The notes beneath the pieces are model-generated. The model saw nothing but the letters and a program-made list of their open reading frames with translations. It was not told where the DNA came from and did not search any database. A program made the translations under genes and the position numbers. Below, piece by piece: positions 1 through 12,694 of a stretch of DNA of 64,000 nt. Source of the DNA: Arenicellales bacterium (GTDB lineage Bacteria > Pseudomonadota > Gammaproteobacteria > Arenicellales > JAANXG01); contig JASJAT010000044.1 in the NCBI GenBank assembly GCA_030066885.1, positions 4,138-68,137 on the forward strand, read 5' to 3'. The stretch's first letter is position 1, and each line of letters begins with the position of its first letter.

Positions 1-845
1 ACATTTACATCGACGACACAGTCGGTTCCGAAGCGAATATCCCCCCTGGCGTCAAATCGATTAGGGTCGACTATGGTAACGCCCTGCTCTAGAAAATGTG
101 CCGCGCGTTTCCTCTGATAATAACGCTCCAACAAGGCGAGTTCCGTTTTAGTATTGACGCCGAGCACGCTTACCGTGTCAGATGCTTGAATATCTGCCAC
201 TTCGCCACCCTCTTTTACAGCAATCGCAATAATATCCGTTAAGTAGTATTCCTTCTGGACGTTGTGACTATCGACTTGTTCGAGCCAATGGGCTAAATCA
301 GTTGCCCTGGCTGCAATAAAACCGGTATTCACTTCTTTTGTTGCGAGCTGTTCCGTGTTGGCATCCTTATGCTCAACGCATCCTACGACTGTGCCCTGTG
401 CATTCCTTACGATACGTCCATACCCAGTAGGGTTTTCAAATTCAGCCGTCAACAGCGCCAGCTTTTTTGCATCCAAGATTTTGACCAGCGTCGACAGCTC
501 TCTGGCATTGACCAGGGGTATATCGCCGTAAACGACAAGCACGATGGAGTCTGGATTGACATGCGGCATCGCAGTTTTTACTGCATGTGCTGTCCCCAAT
601 TGTTTCGACTGCATGACCCAGTTCACATCTATTCCTTCGAAGCGGGTGAGCACGGTATCGGCGCCGTGTCCATAGACAACGTGCATTGCATTGGGGTTGA
701 TCTGTTGGACGGTGTGTATGACGTGGGCCAGGAGTGGCTCTCCAGCCAATTCATGTAACACCTTAGGAAGTTTTGAGTGCATCCGCGTTCCCTTCCCTGC
801 GGCCAGGATGACTACCTCCAGACGCCTATCAACTTGCGTGTTCAT
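1..845 (-). CDS. glmU: GlmU (UDP-GlcNAc pyrophosphorylase / GlcN-1-P acetyltransferase), first ~281 codons; 3' end lies beyond the window edge
   Basis: Absent from the ORF track because it runs off the edge. My minus-strand translation from ATG 845-843 gives MNTQVDRRLEVVILAAGKGTRMHSKLPKVLHELAGEPLLAHV...YGDIPLV..., which carries the LAAGKGTRM uridyltransferase signature. It lies downstream of atpC, as in many Gammaproteobacteria. Confidence 0.9.
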   Translation of the reverse strand, partial: MNTQVDRRLEVVILAAGKGTRMHSKLPKVLHELAGEPLLAHVIHTVQQINPNAMHVVYGHGADTVLTRFEGIDVNWVMQSKQLGTAHAVKTAMPHVNPDSIVLVVYGDIPLVNARELSTLVKILDAKKLALLTAEFENPTGYGRIVRNAQGTVVGCVEHKDANTEQLATKEVNTGFIAARATDLAHWLEQVDSHNVQKEYYLTDIIAIAVKEGGEVADIQASDTVSVLGVNTKTELALLERYYQRKRAAHFLEQGVTIVDPNRFDARGDIRFGTDCVVDVN

Positions 846-984
846 GAACTGAATATAGCATCCGCCCCTAGACTCGCATATTGCTTCAACGCGGGGTTGG
901 CTTCGCTTCTACTCAGCATTGCTGTACCCTTGCGAGAGATCAAACGGCATATTCGCGCCGGCACTGGCCGACAAGAGCGAGGGA

Positions 985-1407
985 TTAGCGTTTTCGGAGT
1001 TTTTTGATGGCGCGCAGCTGGGCCATTTGCTGGGCCAGTTCCGCTTTGGCTTTGGCAAACTCAACGTCCGTCTTGGCGTCCTGCATCGCCTTCTGTGCCC
1101 TCTGCTCTGCTTCCACCGCCTGTGCCTCATCAAGGTCTTTGGCTCGAATCGCTGTGTCTGCCAACACCGTGACGACGTGAGGCTGGACCTCCAACAGTCC
1201 ACCCGAGACGAAAAAGAACAACTCCTCCCCTTCCGGAGTTTCAACCCTGACTTCCCCGGGTCTCAGCTGTGCCAGTAAGGGGGCGTGGCGTGGATAAATC
1301 CCGACCTCGCCCATCTCCGCAGGCGCGTAGACTACATTGGCCGTACCGGAATGGATTTCCTCCTCCGCGCTTACGATGTCGACATGTAGTGTCATTGCCA
1401 TGGTCAA
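985..1407 (-). CDS. atpC: F1 ATP synthase epsilon subunit
   Basis: 140 aa with [15 protein letters not shown]...[10 protein letters not shown] and a C-terminal helical AEQRA region. Last gene of the atp operon. The exact start among M1/M3/M5 is uncertain. Confidence 0.93.
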   Translation of the reverse strand: MTMAMTLHVDIVSAEEEIHSGTANVVYAPAEMGEVGIYPRHAPLLAQLRPGEVRVETPEGEELFFFVSGGLLEVQPHVVTVLADTAIRAKDLDEAQAVEAEQRAQKAMQDAKTDVEFAKAKAELAQQMAQLRAIKKLRKR

Positions 1408-1418
1408 ACGGTCTCCGT

Positions 1419-2849
<1,431 letters not shown>

Positions 2850-2914
2850 TTACCATTGGCTCCTTATCCTACTCTTTGTCTTTAAACTTTAATCTTTAAA
2901 CTTTTTACTTTTAA

Positions 2915-3778
2915 CTAAACGGCTGCTGCACCACCAACAATCTCCGAAATCTCTTGTGTGATTGCCGCCTGGCGGGCCTTGTTGTAAATCAGTTGCAGCT
3001 CATCTATCAGGTTGCCTGCGTTGTCGGAAGCGGATTTCATGGCAACCATTCGAGCAGACTGTTCACATGCAATGTTTTCAACCACGCCCTGATATACCAA
3101 GGATTCGATATAGCGGGTCAGCAATATGTCTAGAGAGGCCTTGGCATCCGGTTCATATAGATAATCCCAATGATGTTTCTTAAGACTTTCTTCGTCATCT
3201 GGAACAAGCGGTAGCAGCTGATTCACCAAAGGCTTTTGGGTCATCGTATTCACAAATTCATTGTGGACAAAATACAATCGATCCAACTCGCCCTGCTCAT
3301 AGGCATCCAGCATAACTTTGACCGCACCGATAAGATCCATGAGCGATGGGGCATCTCCAATATGAGATGTCTCCGAAACGATGTTTGCGCCGAAACGCTT
3401 GAAAAACGCCAATGCCTTGGCTCCGATGATGCTGAAACTGAGTTGCGCTCCCGCATCTTGCCAGCGGTCCATATCGTTGAGTGCCGCGCGGTACATATTA
3501 ACGTTAAGCCCGCCGCATAAGCCCCGATCAGACGAGACGATCAGGTAGCCGATTCTGTTGGGTTCACGTTCGAGCAAAAACGGGTGGTGGTACTCCGTAC
3601 TGGCATGCGCCAAATGCGCCACCACGTTACGGATCTTCTGCGCATAGGGGCGCGCTGCATTCATACGGTCTTGTGCCTTACGCATCTTGCTTGCAGCGAC
3701 CATCTCCATGGCCTTGGTGATCTTCTGAGTATTCTGGATACTCTTGATCTTGGTCCGAATCTCTTTAGCGCCGGCCAT
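2915..3778 (-). CDS. atpG: F1 ATP synthase gamma subunit
   Basis: 287 aa. N-terminus [36 protein letters not shown] and C-terminus [15 protein letters not shown]. Confidence 0.97.
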   Translation of the reverse strand: MAGAKEIRTKIKSIQNTQKITKAMEMVAASKMRKAQDRMNAARPYAQKIRNVVAHLAHASTEYHHPFLLEREPNRIGYLIVSSDRGLCGGLNVNMYRAALNDMDRWQDAGAQLSFSIIGAKALAFFKRFGANIVSETSHIGDAPSLMDLIGAVKVMLDAYEQGELDRLYFVHNEFVNTMTQKPLVNQLLPLVPDDEESLKKHHWDYLYEPDAKASLDILLTRYIESLVYQGVVENIACEQSARMVAMKSASDNAGNLIDELQLIYNKARQAAITQEISEIVGGAAAV

Positions 3779-3865
3779 AAAATCAGTTCCGAGTATCTAG
3801 GGGCGAGTTACCAGGGAATAAATTCTGTTGCTCACAACTAGCTGCTAGCAACTCGTCACTATCTC

Positions 3866-5413
3866 TTACCATGACCCTTTCTCCTTGAACGCTTTGAGCG
3901 CCTGGTGGAGGCCTTCCTGCACCTCTTCGGTATATTCCAAAGCGGAATTCATCATTTCCAGAACGTCACTATGCTCTGCCTTCACGAAAGACTGCATGGC
4001 CGCTTCAAAATCAACCACTTTGTTGACCTCCACATCGTCCAAATAGCCCTCGTTGGCAGCGAACAAAGCCAGCGCCATTTCCGCTACAGACATGGGTGAG
4101 TACTGGTTTTGTTTCATAACCTCTGTGATTCGTTGCCCTCGTTCGAGCTGACGGCGTGTCGCCTCGTCGAGGTCGGATGCAAATTGCGCAAAAGCTGCCA
4201 GTTCGCGGTACTGAGCCAAAGCCAGGCGAACGCCGCCGCCCAATTTTTTGATTAACCCAGTCTGCGCGGCACCGCCTACACGGGATACCGACAATCCGGC
4301 GTTGATCGCCGGCCGAATGCCTGCATTAAATAGGTCCGACTCGAGATAGATCTGTCCATCGGTGATGGAAATCACATTGGTGGGGACGAACGCGGAAACG
4401 TCACCGGCTTGTGTTTCTATTATGGGCAACGCCGTTAAAGACCCGGTTTGCCCTTTTACCGCACCATCGGTTAACTGTTCTACATATTCGGCGTTTACCC
4501 GGGCCGCGCGCTCGAGCAGCCGTGAGTGCAGGTAGAAAACGTCGCCCGGATAGGCCTCCCGTCCGGGCGGGCGGCGCAGCAGCAAGCTGACTTGGCGATA
4601 GGCCCAGGCCTGCTTGGTCAAGTCGTCATATATGATCAGTGCATCCTGACCCTTGTCCCTAAAATACTCGCCCATGGAGCACCCCGAATATGGGGCGATG
4701 TATTGCATAGCGGCCGACTCGGAGGCGGAAGCGGCAACAACTATGGTGTGGTCCATGGCGCCATACTCTTCCAATTTACGTACCACGTTGGCGATACTTG
4801 AGGCCTTTTGGCCTATCGCCACATATATACAAATGAGATTCTTGCCTTTTTGATTGATGATGGTGTCAATGGCCACCGCCGTCTTGCCGGTTTGGCGATC
4901 GCCGATAATCAGCTCGCGTTGACCACGCCCAATGGGAACCATGGAGTCGATCGATTTCAGCCCGGTCTGTACGGGCTCCGACACCGATTGCCGGGTGATA
5001 ACGCCTGGCGCCACTTTTTCTATGGGCGATGAACCTTCGGCCTCGACGGGGCCCTTGCCATCGATGGGCGCACCTAACGAATCGACTACCCGGCCGATCA
5101 ATGACTCGCCCACCGGGACCTCCAAAATGCGTCCCGTACACTTGACCGTATCCCCTTCGGTTATGTGTTCGTAGTCCCCCAGGATGACGGCTCCGACCGA
5201 GTCTTGCTCAAGGTTTAGCGCTAATCCGAACGTTTCCTGTGGAAACTCTAACATTTCCCCCTGCATCGCATCGGCTAATCCGTGAATGCGCGTTATGCCG
5301 TCGGTTAAGCTAACAACCGTACCTTCGGTGCGCGCTTCGGCTACCGCCTCGAAGCTTTTTATCCGTTCTTTAATCAGCTCACTGATTTCGGATGGGTTCA
5401 ATTGAGTAGTCAT
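3866..5413 (-). CDS. atpA: F1 ATP synthase alpha subunit
   Basis: 515 aa with Walker A GDRQTGKT and conserved [17 protein letters not shown]. Confidence 0.98.
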   Translation of the reverse strand: MTTQLNPSEISELIKERIKSFEAVAEARTEGTVVSLTDGITRIHGLADAMQGEMLEFPQETFGLALNLEQDSVGAVILGDYEHITEGDTVKCTGRILEVPVGESLIGRVVDSLGAPIDGKGPVEAEGSSPIEKVAPGVITRQSVSEPVQTGLKSIDSMVPIGRGQRELIIGDRQTGKTAVAIDTIINQKGKNLICIYVAIGQKASSIANVVRKLEEYGAMDHTIVVAASASESAAMQYIAPYSGCSMGEYFRDKGQDALIIYDDLTKQAWAYRQVSLLLRRPPGREAYPGDVFYLHSRLLERAARVNAEYVEQLTDGAVKGQTGSLTALPIIETQAGDVSAFVPTNVISITDGQIYLESDLFNAGIRPAINAGLSVSRVGGAAQTGLIKKLGGGVRLALAQYRELAAFAQFASDLDEATRRQLERGQRITEVMKQNQYSPMSVAEMALALFAANEGYLDDVEVNKVVDFEAAMQSFVKAEHSDVLEMMNSALEYTEEVQEGLHQALKAFKEKGSW

Positions 5414-5442
5414 AACAAATCCTCAATGTTTTTTATCGTTCA

Positions 5443-5979
5443 CTAACGGGCCAAGCTGGTGGCCAGTTTTTGCAGGCGCCCTTTGACAGACGCATCAATA
5501 ACCATGTCGCCGGCGCGTAAAATAGCACCACCGATTAGGCTGGGGTCGTGCACGACTTGCAGCGAGACCTGTCGACCCAATCGGCTGGACAGTGATTGTG
5601 CCAACTGGGATTGCTGCTCGTCCGTTACATCCAGCGCCGAAATGAGTTCGGCTTCTATAGTCCCTTCCGCTTCCGCGCGCATGGTCTCGAACTGAGCGGC
5701 GATGTTGGACAGAGCAAAGATCCGCCCGTTCTGGATTACCAAGCGCAAAAAATTTCGTGCTTCGCCAAACAACTTTTCCCCGGCAATATCTTCAAACAAG
5801 CGAATCAGCGATTCTTTGTCCACCCGCGGATTCTGCGCCAACTCTTGTACCTGGGTGTCGTTTGCGATGGTCGAGATCCAAGTCAGTGCCTCAGACCAGT
5901 TTTCGAAGTCACCCGACGCCCGCGCCAGCTCAAACACAGCGTGAGCGTAGGGCCGGGCTATGGTTTGATATTCGCTCAT
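5443..5979 (-). CDS. atpH: F1 ATP synthase delta subunit (OSCP)
   Basis: 178 aa starting IARPYAHAVFELA, with a C-terminal IDASVKGRL motif. Operon position between atpF and atpA. Confidence 0.92.
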   Translation of the reverse strand: MSEYQTIARPYAHAVFELARASGDFENWSEALTWISTIANDTQVQELAQNPRVDKESLIRLFEDIAGEKLFGEARNFLRLVIQNGRIFALSNIAAQFETMRAEAEGTIEAELISALDVTDEQQSQLAQSLSSRLGRQVSLQVVHDPSLIGGAILRAGDMVIDASVKGRLQKLATSLAR

Positions 5980-5993
5980 GTGGACATCAATAC

Positions 5994-6464
5994 CTAAAGT
6001 TGCGCGGCCAATTCATCCAACATTTCACGGTGTGCGTCGGCATCCACTTCTTTCCCCAAAATCTGTTCGGCACCCGCTGTGGCCAAAGCTGCCAATTCAC
6101 CGCGCAATGTCTCACGGGCTCGATTAATCTCTTGCTCAATTTCGGTTTGCGCCGCCGTGATAATGCGCTCGCCTTCTATTTTGGCGTCTGTCTTGGCTTC
6201 CTCCACGATCTCAGCACCGCGCCTTTCAGCACCGGCAATGATATCGGCTGCTTTACCCTTAGCTTCTTTTATTACTTCCGCTGCACGTTTCTCGCTGAGC
6301 TCGTGCTCTTTCCTGCCACGTTCAGCCGCAGCCAAGCCATCGGCGATGTTTTTCTTGCGTTCTTCCAGTGCGTTCATCAGCGGCGGCCATATAAACTTCA
6401 TACAAAACCATACGAATACAAGAAACGCGAGGGATTGCCCGATGAGTGTGAGATTGATATTCAT
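5994..6464 (-). CDS. atpF: Fo ATP synthase subunit b
   Basis: 156 aa with a single N-terminal TM helix followed by a long charged coiled-coil. Correct operon position. Confidence 0.92.
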   Translation of the reverse strand: MNINLTLIGQSLAFLVFVWFCMKFIWPPLMNALEERKKNIADGLAAAERGRKEHELSEKRAAEVIKEAKGKAADIIAGAERRGAEIVEEAKTDAKIEGERIITAAQTEIEQEINRARETLRGELAALATAGAEQILGKEVDADAHREMLDELAAQL

Positions 6465-6493
6465 AGGCGTCTCCTATTGCGTGGACTTTTTAA

Positions 6494-6736
6494 CTAACCA
6501 CCAACCACAGCGAACAGGATAAAGAGGGCGATCGCCACACCGATGATCGGTATCGCGTCCACCAGGCCCATTACGATGAAGAACTGCGTACGCAGCATCG
6601 GCAGCAGTTCCGGTTGTCGAGCGATACCCTCGAGAAAGCGGGCGCCCAATACACCGACGCCGACGCCGACACCGACACCTGCCAGACCCAACAAGATTGA
6701 GCCGGCAACGTAGAGTAATGCAGTTTCCAAAGTCAT
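6494..6736 (-). CDS. atpE: Fo ATP synthase subunit c
   Basis: 80 aa two-helix hairpin with an ARQPE loop and GLVDAIP carrying the proton-binding Asp. Confidence 0.96.
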   Translation of the reverse strand: MTLETALLYVAGSILLGLAGVGVGVGVGVLGARFLEGIARQPELLPMLRTQFFIVMGLVDAIPIIGVAIALFILFAVVGG

Positions 6737-6786
6737 TTTTTTGCTCCCACTGAGAAATGTTTAAGAATCAATTCGACAGTTCGTTA

Positions 6787-8092
<1,306 letters not shown>

Positions 8093-8243
8093 GCGCTCCC
8101 TGTCCCCGTTAACGAACGAAATCGCAAGGCCGCCATCCCCTTAGTTGCACTGCAACAAAAAGGGCGCCGAAGTATAAGAGAGGTCCCTGGATGGGTCAAA
8201 TTTAGAACCCCACGCCAATCACTCGCGTCAACGGCAGGTATCG

Positions 8244-9098
8244 TTAGCGGATTCGGGCCAGGATACCGTCCAGCTGTTCCAAGCTGTGATACTCGATGAC
8301 CACCTTCCCTTTTCCTTTCTTGTCTTTGACCGTCACCTTGGCACCGAGCTTTTCCGATAACCTGTCTTGTAAGTCCCTCACATCGGCGCTGACTCGGCTT
8401 GTGGTGCGTTTTGCTGGCTCCGTTCCACGCTGAATCCTTCTCACCAGTGCCTCGGTTTGTCTAACCGACAACCGTTTTTTGGCGATTTCTTGCGCTAACG
8501 TATCTTGTTTTCGATTGGGTAGCGTTAACAGGGCCCTAGCATGACCCATTTCCAGCTCCCCGCTTTCCAACAGTGCTTTCGCTTTGCTGCTCAGAGTCAA
8601 TAAACGAAGGAGGTTAGTCACCGCTGAACGTGACCTTCCTATCCCTGCTGCGACCTGCTCGTGGGTCAAACCGAACTCGTCGAGCAACCGTTTCAGGCCC
8701 GTAGCCTGTTCTATCGGATTTAGATCTTCCCGCTGTATGTTCTCGACCAGCGCAATAACCAATGCCGCCTCATCTGGAATATCCCTCACCAATACTGGCA
8801 CAGTGTCCAGGCCGGCCAATTGAGCTGCGCGCCACCTGCGTTCTCCCGCTATGATCTCATAATCACCATCACTCAACGGCCGAACGACTATGGGCTGCAC
8901 GACCCCGCGTGCGGTTATAGATTGGGACAGTTCTTCTAGAGCCTCCGTATCCATATGGGTGCGGGGCTGGTATTGGCCGCGTTTAAGCATATCGATAGGG
9001 ATCTGACGAAGCTTGTCCTGGCGGTCTGGAGCAACTACGGTTTCGCCCAATAGCGCGTCTAACCCTCGACCCAAACGCTTCTTTTTTGTTTTGCTCAC
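8244..9098 (-). CDS. parB: chromosome partitioning protein ParB (Spo0J)
   Basis: 284 aa with the ParB box IIAGERRWRAA and the HTH segment LTHEQVAAGIGRSRSAVTNLLRLL. Overlaps the parA stop by 4 nt. Confidence 0.96.
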   Translation of the reverse strand: MSKTKKKRLGRGLDALLGETVVAPDRQDKLRQIPIDMLKRGQYQPRTHMDTEALEELSQSITARGVVQPIVVRPLSDGDYEIIAGERRWRAAQLAGLDTVPVLVRDIPDEAALVIALVENIQREDLNPIEQATGLKRLLDEFGLTHEQVAAGIGRSRSAVTNLLRLLTLSSKAKALLESGELEMGHARALLTLPNRKQDTLAQEIAKKRLSVRQTEALVRRIQRGTEPAKRTTSRVSADVRDLQDRLSEKLGAKVTVKDKKGKGKVVIEYHSLEQLDGILARIR

Positions 9099-9862
9099 GC
9101 TGCCTCCTCACGCTCTATTATTTCATCCGCCAAGGCAAGGTAGGCTTGCGCCCCCTTTGACCATTTGTCGTAATGCAACACAGCCTTGCCGTAACTAGGG
9201 GCTTCGGCAAGGCGTACATTGCGAGGAATGATAGTGTTGTAAACTTTATCGCCGAAGTGCTTCTGCAACTGTTCAGACACCTCATTGGAAAGCGTATTGC
9301 GCCCGTCAAACATGGTCCGTAAAAGCCCCTCGATTCTTAGCTTAGGATTCAGAGCTTCGCGCACTTTGCGCACCGTATCCACCAGCGCAGACAACCCTTC
9401 TAGTGCGAAATACTCACATTGCATGGGGATCATGACCGCGTCGGCCGCAACCAGCGCATTGACGGTGAGCAAATTGAGTGATGGGGGACAATCGATAAGC
9501 ACATAGTCATAGTGATCATCTATTTGCTCCAGCGCTCTCCGTAATCTCAATTCCCGACCAATCTCATCAATCAATTCGACTTGTGCTCCAGCCAAGTCGG
9601 CGTTCGCCGGCACGAGGTCATACCCTCCCTCCGTAGGGACGACGACGCTGGAGATATCGGCCTGGCCGATCAAAACATCGTAAATCGACTGGTCGTGTTC
9701 GTCTTTACCCACTCCACTACCTACTGTCGCATTACCTTGCGGATCGAGGTCTATGAGCAGAACCTTGCGGTCGGTGCGTGCAAGTGAGGCGGCCAGATTA
9801 ATTCCCGTAGTCGTTTTTCCTACGCCACCCTTTTGGTTGGTGACGGCAAGCACTTTGGTCAT
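9095..9862 (-). CDS. parA: chromosome partitioning ATPase ParA (Soj)
   Basis: 255 aa with the deviant Walker A NQKGGVGKTTT and the DCPPSL motif. Confidence 0.96.
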   Translation of the reverse strand: MTKVLAVTNQKGGVGKTTTGINLAASLARTDRKVLLIDLDPQGNATVGSGVGKDEHDQSIYDVLIGQADISSVVVPTEGGYDLVPANADLAGAQVELIDEIGRELRLRRALEQIDDHYDYVLIDCPPSLNLLTVNALVAADAVMIPMQCEYFALEGLSALVDTVRKVREALNPKLRIEGLLRTMFDGRNTLSNEVSEQLQKHFGDKVYNTIIPRNVRLAEAPSYGKAVLHYDKWSKGAQAYLALADEIIEREEAA

Positions 9863-9891
9863 GTACTTCGTATTGTTCTTACGTGTCTTAT

Positions 9892-10518
9892 TTAATCCCG
9901 ATGTTTCAAAACCACAATATGACGTGGCGCCTTCAGTCCAGGGACCTTCACTGGATGTATTTCAGCCACAACAAAGTCGTCTTGGGTCATCGCCGCTACC
10001 TCGGCGCTTGGATCGCGCCCCTTTAACGCTAGGATTCGACCATCACTAGCGCAAAGGTGCCCGGCTTTTTCGACCAGCTCGGCAAGGCTGGCGAACGCGC
10101 GTGCAATAAGCGTATCAAATTTCTTGGCCGGCTCATATTGTTCGACACGCTGATGCACAACTTCAATATTATTGAGGTTGAGTTTGGACGCAGCATAAAG
10201 CAGAAATTGTGCTTTATTCTTACGGCTTTCGACCAATGTTACTGCCAACCTTGGAAATACGATGGCCAGCGGAAACCCGGGCAGTCCGGCACCGGACCCA
10301 ACATCCAATATCGTGGGACTTTTGATATAGGGTGCTGCACTTAGACTGTCCAGCACATGGTGCGTCACCATGGCGTCAATGGTTCGAATTGCCGTGAGGT
10401 TGTAGGTTTCACCCCACTTGCTCATCAGTTGCAAGTATTCAAAAAGCAACCGCTCGCTCTGTTGATCGACCTTAAGTCCGAGTGAAACTATACCGTTCCT
10501 TAGCGTTTCGCCTCTCAA
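9892..10518 (-). CDS. rsmG: 16S rRNA (guanine527-N7)-methyltransferase
   Basis: 208 aa with the SAM motif ILDVGSGAGLPGFPLAI and KWGETYNLTAIR. TTG start at 10518. Confidence 0.93.
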   Translation of the reverse strand: MRGETLRNGIVSLGLKVDQQSERLLFEYLQLMSKWGETYNLTAIRTIDAMVTHHVLDSLSAAPYIKSPTILDVGSGAGLPGFPLAIVFPRLAVTLVESRKNKAQFLLYAASKLNLNNIEVVHQRVEQYEPAKKFDTLIARAFASLAELVEKAGHLCASDGRILALKGRDPSAEVAAMTQDDFVVAEIHPVKVPGLKAPRHIVVLKHRD

Positions 10519-10528
10519 CTACTTTTGA

Positions 10529-11353
10529 TCACCGGTTGAACCAGTCCAGCATCTGGTGTTGCCAGTCTTCCTCTGCTTTAAACGGGCTGTTTACTTTTAC
10601 CAAAACGATGGAGATATTGTCTTCGCCACCGCCTTTGTTGGCGAGCTGTGTTAATCGTTTTGCGTAGGTATCCAAGTCTTGTTGCTTTGACAGGACTTTC
10701 GCAATCTTCGACTCGTTGACCATATTCGTAAGACCGTCTGAACAAATCAAATATAAGTCACCGGGCGAGACCTCTTGTTCGTAGATATCAACGTCGATCT
10801 GCTCTTCCACCCCCAGCGCGCGTGTGACTAAATTGGACCCGAAAGATGCCTTTGCTTCGGTTTCACTGTACATCCCAGTCTGTATAAATTCCTGTACCAC
10901 CGTATGGTCGACTGTTAGTTGTTCCATCCGGTCATCCCGATATAGATACATGCGCGAGTCACCTACGTGCGCACAAGTCAGGTGGTTGTCATAAAAAAGA
11001 GCGGTTACTACGGTAGTGCCCATCCCGTTGTACTCGCTATGCTCACGCGCCACCGAATACACCTCGCTATTAGCGCGCTGGATGGCGTCTTGCACGACTA
11101 GCGACTCATATCGTAAGCCGCTTTCCTGGTCGACTTGTCCCGGGATCAGTGATATTAAACCGTCGCGCGTATCGCGGAACACACGCGTCACTGCTACTGC
11201 GCTGGCCACCTCGCCAGCCCTGTAGCCGCCCATTCCATCCGCCAGTACGATCAGCCCCAGTGCCTGATCGCTGGCATAACTGTCTTCATTGTGATCACGC
11301 ACCCGTCCGGTGTCCGAAACGCCAACGATCTCTAGTGCTTCACCCACGTTCAT
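10529..11353 (-). CDS. PP2C-family (PPM) Ser/Thr protein phosphatase
   Basis: 274 aa with GRVRDHNEDSY, LADGMGG, ICSDGL and GGEDNISIVLV, which together form the metal-binding Asp motifs of PPM phosphatases. The stop lies 10 nt upstream of the rsmG start. Confidence 0.9.
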   Translation of the reverse strand: MNVGEALEIVGVSDTGRVRDHNEDSYASDQALGLIVLADGMGGYRAGEVASAVAVTRVFRDTRDGLISLIPGQVDQESGLRYESLVVQDAIQRANSEVYSVAREHSEYNGMGTTVVTALFYDNHLTCAHVGDSRMYLYRDDRMEQLTVDHTVVQEFIQTGMYSETEAKASFGSNLVTRALGVEEQIDVDIYEQEVSPGDLYLICSDGLTNMVNESKIAKVLSKQQDLDTYAKRLTQLANKGGGEDNISIVLVKVNSPFKAEEDWQHQMLDWFNR

Positions 11354-11471
11354 AATTTTGCTTAGTACACGGCCACTTCTTTATCGTCTTGGGGGGTGGA
11401 TAAACCCGTCCCTCGGACGTTTAGTTTCTACCATATCCGGGGATAATGTTATTAGCTAAGATTAGCAATAG

Positions 11472-11636
11472 CTAGAACCACTTCAACCAAAACAAGAGGA
11501 CTAGGACCAAGATAATTGCATCCCAAAATATCAATTCACCTACCCTAAACCAGTGGGTACTTCGGTTTAAACGGTGTAAACCAAACCCTGCGACCACTGC
11601 TATGAATAGGGGAATAAGGTGGATTGCGGGACTCAT
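11472..11636 (-). CDS. candidate 54-aa two-helix small membrane protein (below the apparent 60-aa floor of the ORF track)
   Basis: My translation: MSPAIHLIPLFIAVVAGFGLHRLNRSTHWFRVGELIFWDAIILVLVLLFWLKWF, ending at TAG 11474-11472. The ATG (11636-11634) overlaps the TGA of the upstream ABC ATPase as ATGA. There are two hydrophobic stretches separated by a basic loop. Confidence 0.45.
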   Translation of the reverse strand: MSPAIHLIPLFIAVVAGFGLHRLNRSTHWFRVGELIFWDAIILVLVLLFWLKWF

Positions 11637-12688
11637 ATCCGCCGACGACCGTTAAGGGCCTCGAAGAAATGGCGGTTTTCGCGGGGAAGCTCCAAATGGA
11701 CGACAGAACCTCGTTCGAGTTGACCCACTTCGCGTAGGACCCGTACCACCAACGCCGCCTCATTGTTCTTAACAAATAGCAAAGTGTCAGGTTCGACCAG
11801 TTCGATCACATCTAGCTCGAATTCGATAGTATCGTCAGTTGCCCTATCTCGAAGAACAATCTGTTCGGGTCGAATGCCCATCGCCACAGGCCCATCAGGT
11901 TGTTGTGGCACGCTAATTTCAAAGCCACCGGCATGGAAAATCCCCGCCTCGATTTCGCCGTCGATGATATTCATGGCTGGCCGTCCAATGAACTCAGCAA
12001 CAAAACGTGTTGCGGGCTCATGATAAACCCGCTTGGGTGTATCAAACTGTACTAACTTTCCTTCGTTCAACACCGCTATCCGCGTCCCCAGTGTCATCGC
12101 CTCCTCTTGGTCGTGAGTTACGAACACGAAAGTATGCCCCAAATCGCCGTGTAGACGTTTGAGTTCGGTCCGAGTCTGCAGACGAAGTATTGCATCCAGG
12201 TTACTCAAAGGTTCGTCCATCAAGCAGATGTCCGGATTCCACACCAGGGCACGGGCAACAGCCACCCGTTGCGCCTGCCCTCCCGAGAGTTGGCTGGGTC
12301 GACGGTTAAGAAAGGCATCGATTTGAAGCAGTTGGGCAATCTCTCGCACCTTTTCATCTATCTGTCCGGTGGCGATTTTCCTTACTCGTAACGGATAGGC
12401 GATGTTTTCAAACACCGTTTTGTGGCTATATAGCGCATAGTTTTGAAAAACCATGCTCATATTGCGTTCCCGTGGCGGCAGCTTGGTGATATCTCGACCG
12501 TCAATCGACACGGAACCGGATGTGGCTTGTTCAAGCCCGGCGAGAATTCGACACGCCGTGGTCTTGCCGCTCCCAGACGGCCCGAGTAGGACAATGAATT
12601 CTCCTTGGTTGAACTCGAGCCGGAGGTTGTCGAGAGCGATGGTACCGTCAGCGAAAACCTTACTGACTTGGTCGAACGAAATAGTCAC
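11633..12688 (-). CDS. ABC transporter ATP-binding protein, MalK/UgpC (CUT1) type
   Basis: 351 aa with Walker A GPSGSGKTT, signature LSGGQAQRVAVARAL, Walker B CLMDEPLS and a C-terminal MalK-like regulatory domain. Confidence 0.93.
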   Translation of the reverse strand: MTISFDQVSKVFADGTIALDNLRLEFNQGEFIVLLGPSGSGKTTACRILAGLEQATSGSVSIDGRDITKLPPRERNMSMVFQNYALYSHKTVFENIAYPLRVRKIATGQIDEKVREIAQLLQIDAFLNRRPSQLSGGQAQRVAVARALVWNPDICLMDEPLSNLDAILRLQTRTELKRLHGDLGHTFVFVTHDQEEAMTLGTRIAVLNEGKLVQFDTPKRVYHEPATRFVAEFIGRPAMNIIDGEIEAGIFHAGGFEISVPQQPDGPVAMGIRPEQIVLRDRATDDTIEFELDVIELVEPDTLLFVKNNEAALVVRVLREVGQLERGSVVHLELPRENRHFFEALNGRRRI

Positions 12689-12694
12689 CTGCGC

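Noticed and set aside
3837-3848. Exact 12-mer ACTAGCTGCTAG shared between 3837-3848 and 32855-32866 as evidence of a repeat family.
   Set aside because: By my rough estimate, exact 12-13-mer coincidences in 64 kb on both strands are expected by chance, at tens of pairs. The flanks do not align. Only the broader CTAG-palindrome pattern was kept, as a low-confidence observation.
5757-6497. 246-aa plus-strand ORF, with similar long ORFs at 369-758, 18705-19274, 47637-48200 and 53047-53628.
   Set aside because: All lie antisense to genes with unambiguous family motifs (atpH/atpF, glmU, HAD/DeoR, the SBP and the ABC ATPase). Their products are low-complexity and rich in Arg, Ser and Pro with no recognisable motifs. 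They are shadow ORFs.
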